From contig CAVVPN010000003.1 in the NCBI GenBank assembly GCA_963750165.1, positions 864,001 to 928,000 on the forward strand: DNA of 64,000 nt. The letters run 5' to 3'. Within the stretch, counting starts at the first letter, position 1. Each line of letters begins with the position of its first letter. The DNA is from an uncultured Gemmataceae bacterium (GTDB lineage Bacteria > Planctomycetota > Planctomycetia > Gemmatales > Gemmataceae). The notes beneath the pieces were generated by a model. That model was not told the DNA's origin. It worked only from the letters and a program-made list of their open reading frames with translations, and did no database searches. Below, one piece after another: positions 8,962 to 19,281 of the stretch. Position numbers and translations under genes: made by a program.

Positions 8962-11691
8962 CTACCACGAACTCATGCAGCACCCGCCCCAGTCGCCGCC
9001 CGCGCCGGTCACCAGCGGCAGCGCCCGCCGCGCGAACGGCAGCTTCAGATACTCCGCGCGGTCGTAAATGACCCGACCATCCATGAGCGTGTGCGTCACG
9101 TGGGAGCTGTGCTCGAAGCAGTCGCCGTCGTACAGCACGAGGTCCGCCACCTTGCCGACCTCCAGGCTACCGAAGCGATCGTCAATGCCCAGAATCTTCG
9201 CCGGCCCCAGCGTGATCGCGTGCAGCGCCCGGTCGAAGCCGAGGCCGTTGACCATCGCGATGGCCGCCTCGTAGCGCAGCACGCGCGTCTTGGGCACATA
9301 GCCCTCGAACGCGGTGCTGATCGCCAGCGGAATCTTGTTGTCCGCCAGCGCCGCCGCGGTGCCGAGGTGGCCGTTGAACGTCTCCAGCGAACCGGCCCGC
9401 TGCATCGTCGGATGCAGCAGCACCGGCACCTGCGCCGTCGCAATTTTGTCCGCCACCAAATAACCCTCCGTCGCCAGGCTCAGCATCGGCTTGACCTTGA
9501 ACTCCTGCGCCAGCCGCAGCCCCGTCATCAGGTCGTCGGCCCGGTGAGCGCTGAAGATCAGCGGCAACTTGCCCTGCAGCACCGGCTCCAGCGCTTCCAG
9601 CTTGAGATTGGGCGTCGGCTGCTTGTCGGCGTCCTTCGCGGCCTGCCGTTTCTTCATGTGGGCCCGGGCCTGCGTCAGTGCTGTGCGGACCACGCTGGCA
9701 GTGCCCATGCGCGTGTTCGGCAGCCGGCCCGGATAGGTCGTCTTGGGGATTTCGCCCAGGTTCACCAGCACGGCCGCCGGGAAGCGAATTGCCATCTTCT
9801 CGGCGGTGGTGCCGTAAGTGCGGAAGATGCCCGTCTGGCCGGCGATCACGTTGACGCGCCCCGGCATCGCGTGCAGCACCGTCACGCCCTGCTCGCGCAC
9901 GAACTGCAACAGCGCCTCGTTCGGATTGAAGCTGTCCAGCACACGCAAATCGGCCTGGTTGGGGTCGCTGTGCTCGTCCTGGTCCTGGTCGTGCCGGGCG
10001 GAGTTGAGCGAGCCGGAAATGCCGACCACCGAGTGCGCGTCGATCAACCCTGGCGTCACCACCGCGGCGGTCAGCACCGGTGTCTGCGGCGGCAGCTGGA
10101 ACTTGGCCCGCGGCCCGACCCACTTGATCTTGCCGTTCTCGATCAGGATGGCCGCGTCGGTGATGGTGCCGTTGGCGACGGTGTGGGCGCGGCCGGCGTA
10201 CACGGCCAGGCGCTTCGGCGTGTTCTTCAGCAGCACCGCGTCAGGCGGCGGCAGGGGCGCCTTCACGGGCGGCAGCGGCTTGACCGCGGCGGGTCGCTTC
10301 GGCAGCCGCTTCTCGCTGTTGGCCAGCGCGAAGCCGCCGACCTGATACGTCCAGTCCAGGTGCTGGCTGCGGTCGAACACGCGTGCGCCGTCGATGTATG
10401 TCTCCAGCACCTGGGTGTAGACGCTGAACGGCGCCCCCGACAGCACCACGAAGTCCGCGTCCTTGCCCTGAGCCAGCGAACCGAGGCGGTGGTCCAGGTG
10501 CAGCATCCGTGCGCCGTTGATCGTCAGCGCCTTCAGCGCCTCGTCCTCGGTCATGCCGCCGCGCACTGCGATGGCCCCGGTGCGCAGGAAGAAACGCGAC
10601 TCCGTGATCGAATCGTCCGTGTTGATGGCGACCTTGACGCCAGCCTTCTGCAGGATGGCCGCGTTCTCTTCGAGCAGGCCGAGCACCTCCGGTTTGCCAC
10701 CCGGGCTGTCCACCAATGTCAGCGATACAGCAATGCCCAGCCGGGCCAGCTCCGCCGCGACACGATAGCCCTCCGTCGCGTGCTGCAGCACCAGCTCGAA
10801 GCCGAACTCCAGCGATAGCCGTACCGCCGTCATGATGTCGTCAGCGCGGTGGCAGTGGAAATGCACCGTCCGCCGCCGCTCCAGCGCCTCCACCAGCGGC
10901 TCCAGGTTCAGGTCCACGTCCGGCGGCGTCGCCGGCTTGCCCGCCTTCACCGCGGCGCGGTACGTCTTCCATTTCTGCTGATACGCCTTCGCCAGCTGCA
11001 ACTGCTCGCGCTGCAGCGCGGCGATCTTCATGCGCGTGCCAGGGGCCTTGCCCTTCATGCCGTAGTTCTTGGGGTTCTCGCCGTTGGCGAACTTGATGCC
11101 GCCGAGCACCACCTCCGCCAGTACGCGCATCATCTCGGCCAGGCCGCCGCGCAATTTCACGTAGAGCGTCTGGCCACCAATGGCGTTGCCACTGCCGGGC
11201 ATGATGTTCGCCGTGGTCACGCCGCCGGCCAGCGCCATGCGGATGCCCGGGTCGTCCGGGTTGATCGCATCCAGCGCTCGCAGGCCGGGCTGCACCGGAT
11301 TGGTCATCTCGTTGCCGTCCGCGTTCGCCTGCACCCCTGGCCGGCCGAAAATGGCCACGTGCGAGTGCGTGTCCACCAGGCCCGGGATGATCGTCTTGCC
11401 CGCCAGGTCGCGCACCACCGCGCCCGCCGGCACCTTGATCTTGTCCTGCGGCCCCACCGCGATGATCTTGCCCTTGTGGACGACGAGCACGCCGCGCTCG
11501 ATCACCGGGCCGGCGGCGGTGTGGATGCGAGCGCCGACGTAGGCCACCGGGCGGTCGCCGGCCGGCGGCTGGTCCTGGGCCGCGGGCGCGCGGTCGGGTG
11601 GCGCCGGGTACTGCTGTGCCAGGGCGCAGGTCAGGAGTGTCAGGGTGATGAGCGCGAACGCGCCGTAGCGGCCGAGTCGATGCGCCAGCAT
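8962..11691 (-). CDS. Secreted amidohydrolase with two tandem amidohydrolase domains
   Basis: Signal peptide from ATG 11691; domain 1 IIPGLVDTHSH...GIKFANGENPK...HCHRADD...GSLAQGKDADFV; domain 2 VTPGLIDAHS...SAHRADD...GSLEVGKVADLV. Confidence 0.88.
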   Translation of the reverse strand: MLAHRLGRYGAFALITLTLLTCALAQQYPAPPDRAPAAQDQPPAGDRPVAYVGARIHTAAGPVIERGVLVVHKGKIIAVGPQDKIKVPAGAVVRDLAGKTIIPGLVDTHSHVAIFGRPGVQANADGNEMTNPVQPGLRALDAINPDDPGIRMALAGGVTTANIMPGSGNAIGGQTLYVKLRGGLAEMMRVLAEVVLGGIKFANGENPKNYGMKGKAPGTRMKIAALQREQLQLAKAYQQKWKTYRAAVKAGKPATPPDVDLNLEPLVEALERRRTVHFHCHRADDIMTAVRLSLEFGFELVLQHATEGYRVAAELARLGIAVSLTLVDSPGGKPEVLGLLEENAAILQKAGVKVAINTDDSITESRFFLRTGAIAVRGGMTEDEALKALTINGARMLHLDHRLGSLAQGKDADFVVLSGAPFSVYTQVLETYIDGARVFDRSQHLDWTYQVGGFALANSEKRLPKRPAAVKPLPPVKAPLPPPDAVLLKNTPKRLAVYAGRAHTVANGTITDAAILIENGKIKWVGPRAKFQLPPQTPVLTAAVVTPGLIDAHSVVGISGSLNSARHDQDQDEHSDPNQADLRVLDSFNPNEALLQFVREQGVTVLHAMPGRVNVIAGQTGIFRTYGTTAEKMAIRFPAAVLVNLGEIPKTTYPGRLPNTRMGTASVVRTALTQARAHMKKRQAAKDADKQPTPNLKLEALEPVLQGKLPLIFSAHRADDLMTGLRLAQEFKVKPMLSLATEGYLVADKIATAQVPVLLHPTMQRAGSLETFNGHLGTAAALADNKIPLAISTAFEGYVPKTRVLRYEAAIAMVNGLGFDRALHAITLGPAKILGIDDRFGSLEVGKVADLVLYDGDCFEHSSHVTHTLMDGRVIYDRAEYLKLPFARRALPLVTGAGGDWGGCCMSSW

Positions 11692-11794
11692 GGGGGTCTC
11701 TCCCGGTGGTTGGGGCGGTGTGGTGTGGTTCCCGCGGAACAGCGGGAATGGGGGTAGGGTAGGGCGCGCAGCAGCTTTTGTCTGCCGCCTGGAA

Positions 11795-11824
11795 CGTGGG
11801 GCAGACATTCCTGTCTGCGCCACG
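11795..11824. repeat. REP-like palindrome family C (GTGGGGCAGACATTCCTGTCTGC)
   Basis: Self-complementary; same core at 17429-17488; half copies at 24851-24871 and 50802-50822. Confidence 0.75.
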
Positions 11825-11827
11825 ACA

Positions 11828-12940
11828 TCAGGTATGAATCGCGTCGAACAGCACAAACGCGAGCGGGCCGAAGACGAGCACCGGCAGCCACGCCGCCAGC
11901 GCCGGCACCAGGTACTCGCGGTCGCCCAGCGTCTTGCAGGCGAACTGCACCGCGAAGAACACCGCACACATGCCGATGCACATGCCGGCGCTGATGAACA
12001 CGTTACGGTTCTGGTCGCGCAGGATCAGCGACAGGCCCAGGAACAACAAAATCATGCCCAGGATCGGTCGCGTCAGCCGGGCGTGGAACACCACCGCCAT
12101 CGGCGCCAGCTTCGCCGCCTCCGGCTTGCCCAGCTCCTGGAACAGCCGCCACGTCGAGGCCAGGTAGAACCACTTGTGGTCGCGCGTCACCACGTCAAAA
12201 TCGACCTCCGTGGTGTGCAGAAAATAACACTCCGGCCCAACCACCTCCAGCCCCTCCGAGCGCGCCGCGGCGTCGAAGGGGTAGACCTTCACGTCGCGCA
12301 GCAGCCAGCCGCCCGTCCGCGCCGGCCGCTCCGGGTTCGCCTCGATATAGTTTGCCTCCTGGGCGTTCAGGAATACCAGTGTGCCGTTGCCCAGCTCGGC
12401 GGGGATGTGGCACGTGAAGTCGCGCACCAGCTGACCGCGCCGCACCGCCTTCTTGCCGGAGATGAAGATGCCGTTTGGCTCATAAGCCCCCTGCACCGGC
12501 AGCTCGCTGTCGCCGTCCGGGTCGTCGTGGCTGCGCAACAGCGCCTCCGCGATGCGCGGGATCACCAGTTCCTGGTTGAGCACGCTCAACGTCATGAACG
12601 CACAGGCGCTGAGCAGCACCGGCAGCAGCACCCGCCGCGTCGAGACGCCCGCCGACAGCAACGGCAACAGTTCGTTGTTGCGCTGCACCCACGCGACCGT
12701 GAACATCGCCGCCAGCAGCACGATCATCTCGCACAGCCGGTCGAAAATCTGCATGATCCGGTAGGCGTAGAATTGCAGGATGTTCAGCATCACCTCGACG
12801 AAGTCGGTCTGCTTCTGGAAGAAGTCGTCGATGTGCGTGAACAGGTCCACGACGACGTACAGCCCGATCAAGCTGATGAAGCAGATCACGTACGATTTGA
12901 CGTAGCTGCGGATCAGCAGGCGATCAATCAGCGTGAACAT
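11828..12940 (-). CDS. LptF/LptG family LPS export permease
   Basis: MFTLIDRLLIRSY..., RNNELLPLLSAGVSTRR and C-terminal PALAAWLPVLVF; 3+3 TM helices around a periplasmic domain. Confidence 0.88.
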   Translation of the reverse strand: MFTLIDRLLIRSYVKSYVICFISLIGLYVVVDLFTHIDDFFQKQTDFVEVMLNILQFYAYRIMQIFDRLCEMIVLLAAMFTVAWVQRNNELLPLLSAGVSTRRVLLPVLLSACAFMTLSVLNQELVIPRIAEALLRSHDDPDGDSELPVQGAYEPNGIFISGKKAVRRGQLVRDFTCHIPAELGNGTLVFLNAQEANYIEANPERPARTGGWLLRDVKVYPFDAAARSEGLEVVGPECYFLHTTEVDFDVVTRDHKWFYLASTWRLFQELGKPEAAKLAPMAVVFHARLTRPILGMILLFLGLSLILRDQNRNVFISAGMCIGMCAVFFAVQFACKTLGDREYLVPALAAWLPVLVFGPLAFVLFDAIHT

Positions 12941-12971
12941 GGCTTGTCCCGGGGGCCTGGGAAGGACGCCG

Positions 12972-13589
12972 TTAGTGCGCCGCGGCGCCGCCGCGCTTGT
13001 AGGTCAGTATGTACTGCACCACGTAATCATTCGCGGAGGTGCAGCCGAACTCGCCGAAGCCGTTCGCCCGCAGTTCGTCCAGCGCCGCCGCAGCACTGTA
13101 GCCCTCGAACTCCATGCGGTACACCGCCGTCATTACACCGGTGCGATGCAGCCCCGCCCGACAGTGGATCAGCACCGGATGGTTCTTCGGGTCGCGCATG
13201 ATCTCCAGAAAGCGGTCGATCGACTGCGGCCGCTCTGCCGGCACCCTGCGGCGCGGCAACAGGTCCGGCGCCAGAAAGACGTAGCGCACGCCGTATTGCT
13301 CGCACAATTCACGCTCCTTGACCCGGATGCCGCCGAGCAAGTGCTGCGGCAAACTGGGGTCCGCGTCCTCGTCTTGCAGGTTGATGACGGTGCGCAGGCC
13401 GTAGCGGTGGATGGCGTCGCGCAGCCCGTCGGCGGTCAGGGCGCCGCTGCGGTAGAGAACGCCCGGCGACACCTCGCGCAGCCGCTTGGCGTGGGCGTAC
13501 ACGCTGCGATAGTGGAACAGGGGGATGCCGAGAATCAGGGCCGCGATCAGCAGGCCGAAGGTCCACCGCAGCCAGACTGGTACTGCCAC
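12972..13589 (-). CDS. Membrane-anchored dual-specificity/tyrosine phosphatase
   Basis: LYRSG, TVINL and HCRAGLHRTG (CX5R) motifs; N-terminal TM helix; GTG start inferred. Confidence 0.85.
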   Translation of the reverse strand: MAVPVWLRWTFGLLIAALILGIPLFHYRSVYAHAKRLREVSPGVLYRSGALTADGLRDAIHRYGLRTVINLQDEDADPSLPQHLLGGIRVKERELCEQYGVRYVFLAPDLLPRRRVPAERPQSIDRFLEIMRDPKNHPVLIHCRAGLHRTGVMTAVYRMEFEGYSAAAALDELRANGFGEFGCTSANDYVVQYILTYKRGGAAAH

Positions 13590-13701
13590 GCTCCGCACTC
13601 CGTTACGCGCCCGCCCCCAGGGCGGCCTGCTTCCCTGCGACGCGGCGGGATCATGGCACGGCGGCTGGAAAATGGCAAGAGCAGTGTGCGCGGCGAGTGC
13701 C

Positions 13702-13786
13702 GGCGAGCGGCGCGGCATCAGCCCGCCGGTACTGCGAAGCATCGAGAACTGCGCAGTACCGGCGGGCTGACGCCGCGCCGCTCGCC
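13702..13786. repeat. REP-like palindrome family A, copy 1
   Basis: GGCGAGCGGCGCGGCATCAGCCCGCCGG...CCGGCGGGCTGACGCCGCGCCGCTCGCC; near-identical arms at 23068 and 29529. Confidence 0.85.
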
Positions 13787-13818
13787 CAATTTCAGTGGCA
13801 CACCCAATTTCGAGGACG

Positions 13819-15421
13819 TTACTTCGACTGCCCCACCGGCACCTCAATCGCCTGCAACACCTCGTGCGTGGCGTCGTCTTGCACGAACGCCACCAGGATC
13901 AGGTGGCGGTACGAGGTCGGGTCTTCCAGGTTGACCTTGTCCAGGAACTTCGTCAGCTCCTTGCGCAGGTTCGCCAGGTCATAGGTCAGCGCGTGCTTCG
14001 TCTCCTTCGTCAGCGCCAGCCCGTTGGCTCCGCCCGGCAGCGCCCGCACCACCCGGCTGTGGTACGGCAAGCCGTTGCCGCCCAGGTAGCGCACCCAGTC
14101 CTCGACCAGCACCAGCCGCAGCTTCACCTTCTCGCCCACCTTCTTCAGCCCACCCACCGACGCCTCAATCTTGATCTTGTCGCCCTGCCGCGTGGCGCTG
14201 GCGCTCAACCGCACCGGCGTCACCTCCTTGAGCAGCGGTTCAATCACCCCAAGGTATTGCTTGTACTTTCCCTCCGCGGCGCGCTTGCCGCCGCCGCCGC
14301 CGGCCGCCGCCTTGCCATTGAACAGGATGCTGGGCGTGCCGCCAACGTCGTCGCGGTAGAAATCCTCCCGCGCCTTGCTGTCCGGCGTCGTCAGCGCGTC
14401 CGGCCCCGGGATGTGCAGGTGGTATTGCAGCAGCACCACTTCGCGCGGGCTGAATGTGTGCGCCAGGCCGTCGAAGGCCAGGTCCGCGGCGACGCACGGC
14501 GGGCACTGCGCCCCGGTGAACAGCTCCACCAGCACAATGCGGTTGCCCTTCTTGCGGCCCTTGAACTTCTCCGGCTCGAAGCCCAGGGCCGTCTTCTCGT
14601 ACTCCTGGTGCGCCGCCGCCTCCAGGCCGTCCAGCTCCGCCTTCAGCCTGGTCGCCTCCACCATCTTGCCGGCGGTCCTGTACGCCTTGACCAGGGCCGC
14701 CCCCACCCGCAACTTCACCTGCGCCCCGGCGTCGGCCCCGAGTTCGCTCCTGAGCTTGCGCGAAGTCCACGGCCAGGTCCGAGTACGTCTTCTGGCCCGC
14801 CAGCCGCTCCGCCGTCTGCAGGGCCACATGCTGGTGCCAGGCGGGGCCGTACTTCGCCGCCGACTCCAGGGTCGTCTTGATCCAGTCGGTCAGCTGCGCC
14901 GGCTGCACCTTTTCCTCTGCGGCCTCCTGCACCACCACGTTGAGGGCCTCGAACACCTTCAGGCTGTCCGCGTCCTTCTCCAGAATTTTGCTGGCCAGAT
15001 CAAACGTCATCCGGGGCGACTGGGCCATTGGCAGCTTCAGCTTCTCGTCCTTCGTCACCGTCATCTGCACCGGCAGCAGCCGGCCGCCAACGTCCACGGA
15101 GCCGTACAGCTTCTTGGCGCCCGTCCTGGGCACCATCAGGTGGAAGTGGAAGGGCTCGTTCATGATGTTCAGGGTGACCGTCAACTTCTTGTCCTTGTAT
15201 TCCAGACCTTTCAACTCCGTCTTTGGGAAGCCGTCCGCGGTGGTGAGTTTGCCGTCCAGCTTGCCGTCCTTGTCCGTGACCTTCACCAGCCACGGGGCCA
15301 GTTCCTCGGCCCCCGGGAGCAGGACGTTGATTTTCCAGTTGTTGGCCAACCCGGTGTCGCCAGCCGGGGCCGCCGCGGCGGACCACAGCAGGCCCGCCAG
15401 CACCGCACAGAAGATTCGCAT
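13819..15421 (-). CDS. Secreted protein with C-terminal thioredoxin-fold CPPC domain (Omp28/DUF1223-like); apparent frameshift ~14760
   Basis: Signal peptide MRIFCAVLAGLLWSAAAAPA; VLVELFTGAQCPPCVAAD, LLQYHLHIPGPD and GTPSILFNG in the downstream frame. Confidence 0.75.
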
Positions 15422-15558
15422 CGGAGGCACTACCTTTCGAATGAGGGAAATGGTTCGCCACAGGACAGCATTGGTGGTGGATAATTTACAGACGCTCCGC
15501 CGCGCCGCAATATGCGGTCGCCGCGCCCCCGCGGACAATCGTATTCGCCTCATGCCGT

Positions 15559-15574
15559 TGGCACAGAAGTAGCT
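15559..15574 (+). promoter_or_regulatory. Candidate sigma-54 promoter for the DUF1549/1553-DUF1501 operon
   Basis: TGGCACAGAAGTAGCT: GG-N10-GC spacing, two mismatches to TGGCACG-N4-TTGCW. Confidence 0.45.
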
Positions 15575-15743
15575 GCGATAATCCTGTCCGTCGGCAAAAA
15601 AACCCGGTTCGGACGAAACCTGGTGCCGCCGGTGGGGTTAAACTGCCAATGGAGTTGATTCCGGAAACGGACGGGGAAACTGCCGGGCCCACCCACTCGG
15701 AACGGGGGGCAGGCGAGAGGTCCAAAGGGGAGCAAGCCGATCC

Positions 15744-17421
15744 ATGAAACCCACCTTGCGATTACTCGCCAACCGCCGCCAGACGGTGCGCTGGGCTGTG
15801 CTGGCCGTGCTCGGCCTGCTGTGCGGCGCCGGTATCTGGCTGACCTCGGATTCGGCCACCGCGCAGAACGCCAAGAAGAAGAAGGACAGGGCCGCGAAAG
15901 TCGAGACCGTCCGCACGATCCCCGGCGCCGGCCAGAAGCTCGGTCCCGCCGCCCTCGCCCAGATCATCGACCAGGAAATCAGCCGCCGACTCAAGGAAGA
16001 GAAGGTGCCCACCTCCGGCAAGACCGACGACGCCGAGTTCTTCCGCCGCGTTTACCTCGATCTCGTCGGCGTCATTCCGCCGGCCGAGAAGGTCAAGGCG
16101 TTCCTGCAGAGCGCGGACGCCAACAAACGCGCCAGGGCGGTTGAGGAATTGCTCGCCGACCCGCGCTACGGCAAGTCCATGGCCGAAATCTGGACCAACG
16201 TCATGGTGCCGCGCGAGTCCAACAACCGCCGGCTCGACGCCTCGCCGTTGCAGCAGTGGATGAGCGCCCAGTTCAACGCGAACAAGCCCTGGGACAAGCT
16301 GGTGTATGAACTCGTCACCGCCAGCGGCCCCATCGACAAGAACGGCGCTGTCACCTACTTCGTCGGCAACCCGACGGTGGACAAGATCACCGACTCGGTG
16401 ACCCGCCTGTTCATGGGCGTCCGCCTGGAGTGCGCCCAGTGCCATAACCATCCGTTCACCACCTACAAGCAGAACGAATACTGGGCGATGGCCGCCTTCT
16501 TCATGAAGGTGCGCATGAACGCCAATCCGCAGCAGGCACAGAAGAAGAACATCACCATTGAGGTCAGCGAGACAGCGTTCGCCGCCAAGAAGAAGAAGAA
16601 GAAGGGCCTACCGGAGTCGGCCAAGATCGTGCCGGCCAGGTTCCTGGAAGGCGAACAGCCCAAGATGAAACCCAATGAGCCGTCCCGCCCCGTCCTGGCC
16701 GCCTGGATGACCTCGGCGAAGAACCCGTATTTCGCGCGGGCCATGGTGAACAAGCTGTGGCACCACTTCTTCGGCCGCGGTCTGGTGAACCCGGTGGACG
16801 ACATGCACGCAGACAACCCGGCGTCGCATCCGGAACTGCTCGGCGCGCTCGCCGAGCAGTTCAAAACACACAACTTTGATGTGAAATACCTGATCCGGGC
16901 CATTGTGCTGAGCGACGCCTACCAGCGCAGCAGCCGCCCGGCCAAGGGCAACGAACTCGACAGTGAGTTGTTCAGCCACATGCCCGTCAAGGTGATGACG
17001 CCCGAGCAGCTGTACGATTCGTGGACGGCGGTGGTCGGCGTCCCGAAGAAGCAGGCCGGCTTCAAGAACAAGGCCGGCAAGAAGGGCGGTGCGGGGGGGC
17101 CGCGAGCAGTTCCTGAATTTCTTCCGCATCGAGGAGGGGGCGAACCCGCTGGAGTATCAGGTGGGCATCCCGCACGCTCTGCGGCTGATGAATTCGCAGC
17201 AGCTGAGCAACAACAGCGCCCTGGTGAACACCGCCGCCACTGCCCCCACGTCCGCCCGGGCCCTGGAATACCTGTATCTGGCGACCGTCTCGCGCATGCC
17301 GACCGCCGAGGAGGTGAATCGCCTGACGGCGTACATCAGCAAGCAGTCCTCGCCACGGACGGCATACAGCGACATCCTCTGGGCGCTGCTGAACTCCGCG
17401 GAGTTCGCGACCAACCACTAA
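15744..17421 (+). CDS. DUF1549/DUF1553 domain protein; apparent frameshift ~17100
   Basis: DDAEFFRRVYLDLVGVIP, FMGVRLECAQCHNHPF and NPYFARAMVNKLWHHFFGRGLVNPVDD; C-terminus (DILWALLNSAEFATNH) in ORF 17089-17421. Confidence 0.9.
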
Positions 17422-17428
17422 CGTTTAT

Positions 17429-17488
17429 CCGTGGGGCAGACATTCCTGTCTGCCGGCCCCTCGGCAGGCTGGAAAGCCTGCCCCACGG
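17429..17488. repeat. REP-like palindrome family C, full copy
   Basis: CCGTGGGGCAGACATTCCTGTCTGCC...GGCAGGCTGGAAAGCCTGCCCCACGG. Confidence 0.75.
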
Positions 17489-17545
17489 AAGAAAAACCTC
17501 CTGCCACCGGAACCTTGCCACCCGCCTCCGAAGGAGTTTGAAGCC

Positions 17546-18838
17546 ATGACGAACGACAATGGCCTGAACCTGTCCCGCCGCGACCTGCTGAAACTGAGCG
17601 CCGCTGGCATCCTGGGCACCTCGATGTCCGGCTGGCTGGGCGTGCTGGCGACCCGCGCCGCGCAGGCGCAGGCCCAGGCCCCCAACCGCGTCCACCACAA
17701 GAAGTGCATTCTACTGTGGATGGACGGCGGCCCCAGCCACAAGGACACCTTTGACCTCAAGCCCGGCACCGCCCAGGGCGGCCCCTATCGCGCCATCGCG
17801 ACGAGCGTGCCCGGCATCCAGATCAGCGAACACTTGCCGCGCGTCGCCCAGCTGATGCAGCACGGCACCATCATCCGCAGCATGAGCACCGGCGAAGGCG
17901 CCCACGGCCGGGCCAAGTATTACCTGCACACCGGCTACAAGGAAGGCGTCGGCGGCCTGGTGTATCCGAGCCTCGGCGCGATCACCGCGTCAGAGATCGG
18001 CAATCCCAACAATCCGCTGCCGAACTTCGTGTCGGTCGGCAACCGCAGCTACGGCGCTGGTTTCCTGGGCGCTCGCCATCAGCCGCTGGTGGTCAACGAC
18101 CCGGTGCGCGGCGTCGAGAACCTGCGGCCGCTGGTCAGCACGCAGCAGTTCAACAACCGGGTGGGGCTGCTGGAGGAGATGGAATCGAGCTTCCACCGAA
18201 CGCATGGCGACGGTGTTGGCAATGCGCACCGCACGACCTATCAGCGGGCAGTCAACCTGCTGCAATCGCGGGAGGCCCAGGCGTTCGACCTGTCGCGCGA
18301 GCCGTCCTCGTCCCGCGCTGCCTACGGCAACACGCGCTTCGGCGATGGCGTGTTGCTGGCCCGCCGGCTGATCGAAACCGGCGTGAGCTTCGTGGAGGTG
18401 ACGCTGGGCGGCTGGGACACGCACCAGAACAACTTCGCGCGTGTCCGCCAACTATCGGCACAGGTGGACCCGGCCATGAGCGCCCTGGTGCGCGACCTGC
18501 ACCAGCGCGGTCTGCTCAACGACACGTTGGTGATCTGGATGGGTGAGTTCGGCCGCACGCCGAACATCAACAATCGTGGCGCCCAGCCCGGCCGCGACCA
18601 CTACCCGCGGGCCTGGAGTTCGGTGATGTTCGGCGGTGGTTTGCCGCACGGCCGCGTCGTTGGCCGCACCGACGCCAACGGCGCCGTGGTGCAGCAACGG
18701 CCCGTCAACACGCTCGACTTCATGGCCAGCGTCTGCCGCATTCTGGGCATCGACCACACCAAGATGAACCAAACGGCCATCGGCCGGCCGGTGCGCATCG
18801 TGGATCGCGGTGGTAACCCGGTGCCCGAACTGTTCTAA
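17546..18838 (+). CDS. DUF1501 domain protein with Tat signal
   Basis: SRRDLLK twin-arginine motif; ILLWMDGGPSHKDTFDLKP, LLARRLIETGV, GWDTH and GEFGRTP..GRDH. Confidence 0.93.
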   Translation: MTNDNGLNLSRRDLLKLSAAGILGTSMSGWLGVLATRAAQAQAQAPNRVHHKKCILLWMDGGPSHKDTFDLKPGTAQGGPYRAIATSVPGIQISEHLPRVAQLMQHGTIIRSMSTGEGAHGRAKYYLHTGYKEGVGGLVYPSLGAITASEIGNPNNPLPNFVSVGNRSYGAGFLGARHQPLVVNDPVRGVENLRPLVSTQQFNNRVGLLEEMESSFHRTHGDGVGNAHRTTYQRAVNLLQSREAQAFDLSREPSSSRAAYGNTRFGDGVLLARRLIETGVSFVEVTLGGWDTHQNNFARVRQLSAQVDPAMSALVRDLHQRGLLNDTLVIWMGEFGRTPNINNRGAQPGRDHYPRAWSSVMFGGGLPHGRVVGRTDANGAVVQQRPVNTLDFMASVCRILGIDHTKMNQTAIGRPVRIVDRGGNPVPELF

Positions 18839-18923
18839 ACTCCAGTGGCAATTCGCCCCGTCGCGCTGCCGGGGCGAACCGGCCCGTGGGACACGCTGCC
18901 TCCCACGGGTCGTTGTGTTTTTT

Positions 18924-18971
18924 AGGGAACAGGGAACAGAAGACAGCGCTGTCTTCTGTTCCCTGTTCCCT
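18924..18971. repeat. Perfect 48-bp palindrome built on tandem AGGGAAC heptamers
   Basis: AGGGAACAGGGAACAGAAGACAGC|GCTGTCTTCTGTTCCCTGTTCCCT. Confidence 0.85.
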
Positions 18972-18992
18972 GTTTTCGAGCTATGGTTTTTA

Positions 18993-19008
18993 TGGCACGC
19001 CAGTTGCT
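18993..19008 (+). promoter_or_regulatory. Sigma-54 (-24/-12) promoter
   Basis: TGGCACG-CCAG-TTGCT, exact match to TGGCACG-N4-TTGCW, in AT-rich intergenic DNA. Confidence 0.8.
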
Positions 19009-19090
19009 TTTCTTTTTTTGTCGAAGGAACACTTACCGAAACGTGGCAAAATGCCACACTACTCTTGAAGACCTGTAGAAGAAGACTCCG

Positions 19091-19249
19091 ATGCGCAACC
19101 TGAAAAAACCTAGCCGCGGCCCGATCAACGCCAGTCAACAGCAGAGTAATCTCTTCAAAACATCACTGAAGGCCTGGCAGGCCCGCTTCAAGGAGCAGCG
19201 TTCCGGCCAGGGCCCCAGCGCCAGCGCCGACACCCCTGCCGTGAGGTAG
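19091..19249 (+). CDS. Putative 52-aa basic small protein (MRNLKKPSRGPINASQQQSNLFKTSLKAWQARFKEQRSGQGPSASADTPAVR)
   Basis: Hand-translated; below the ORF-track cutoff; purine-rich leader AGAAGAAGA; lies between the sigma-54 promoter and a hairpin at 19282-19328. Confidence 0.5.
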   Translation: MRNLKKPSRGPINASQQQSNLFKTSLKAWQARFKEQRSGQGPSASADTPAVR

Positions 19250-19281
19250 AATCGCCTCCTACGGTAGCGTCTTGCGTTTTC

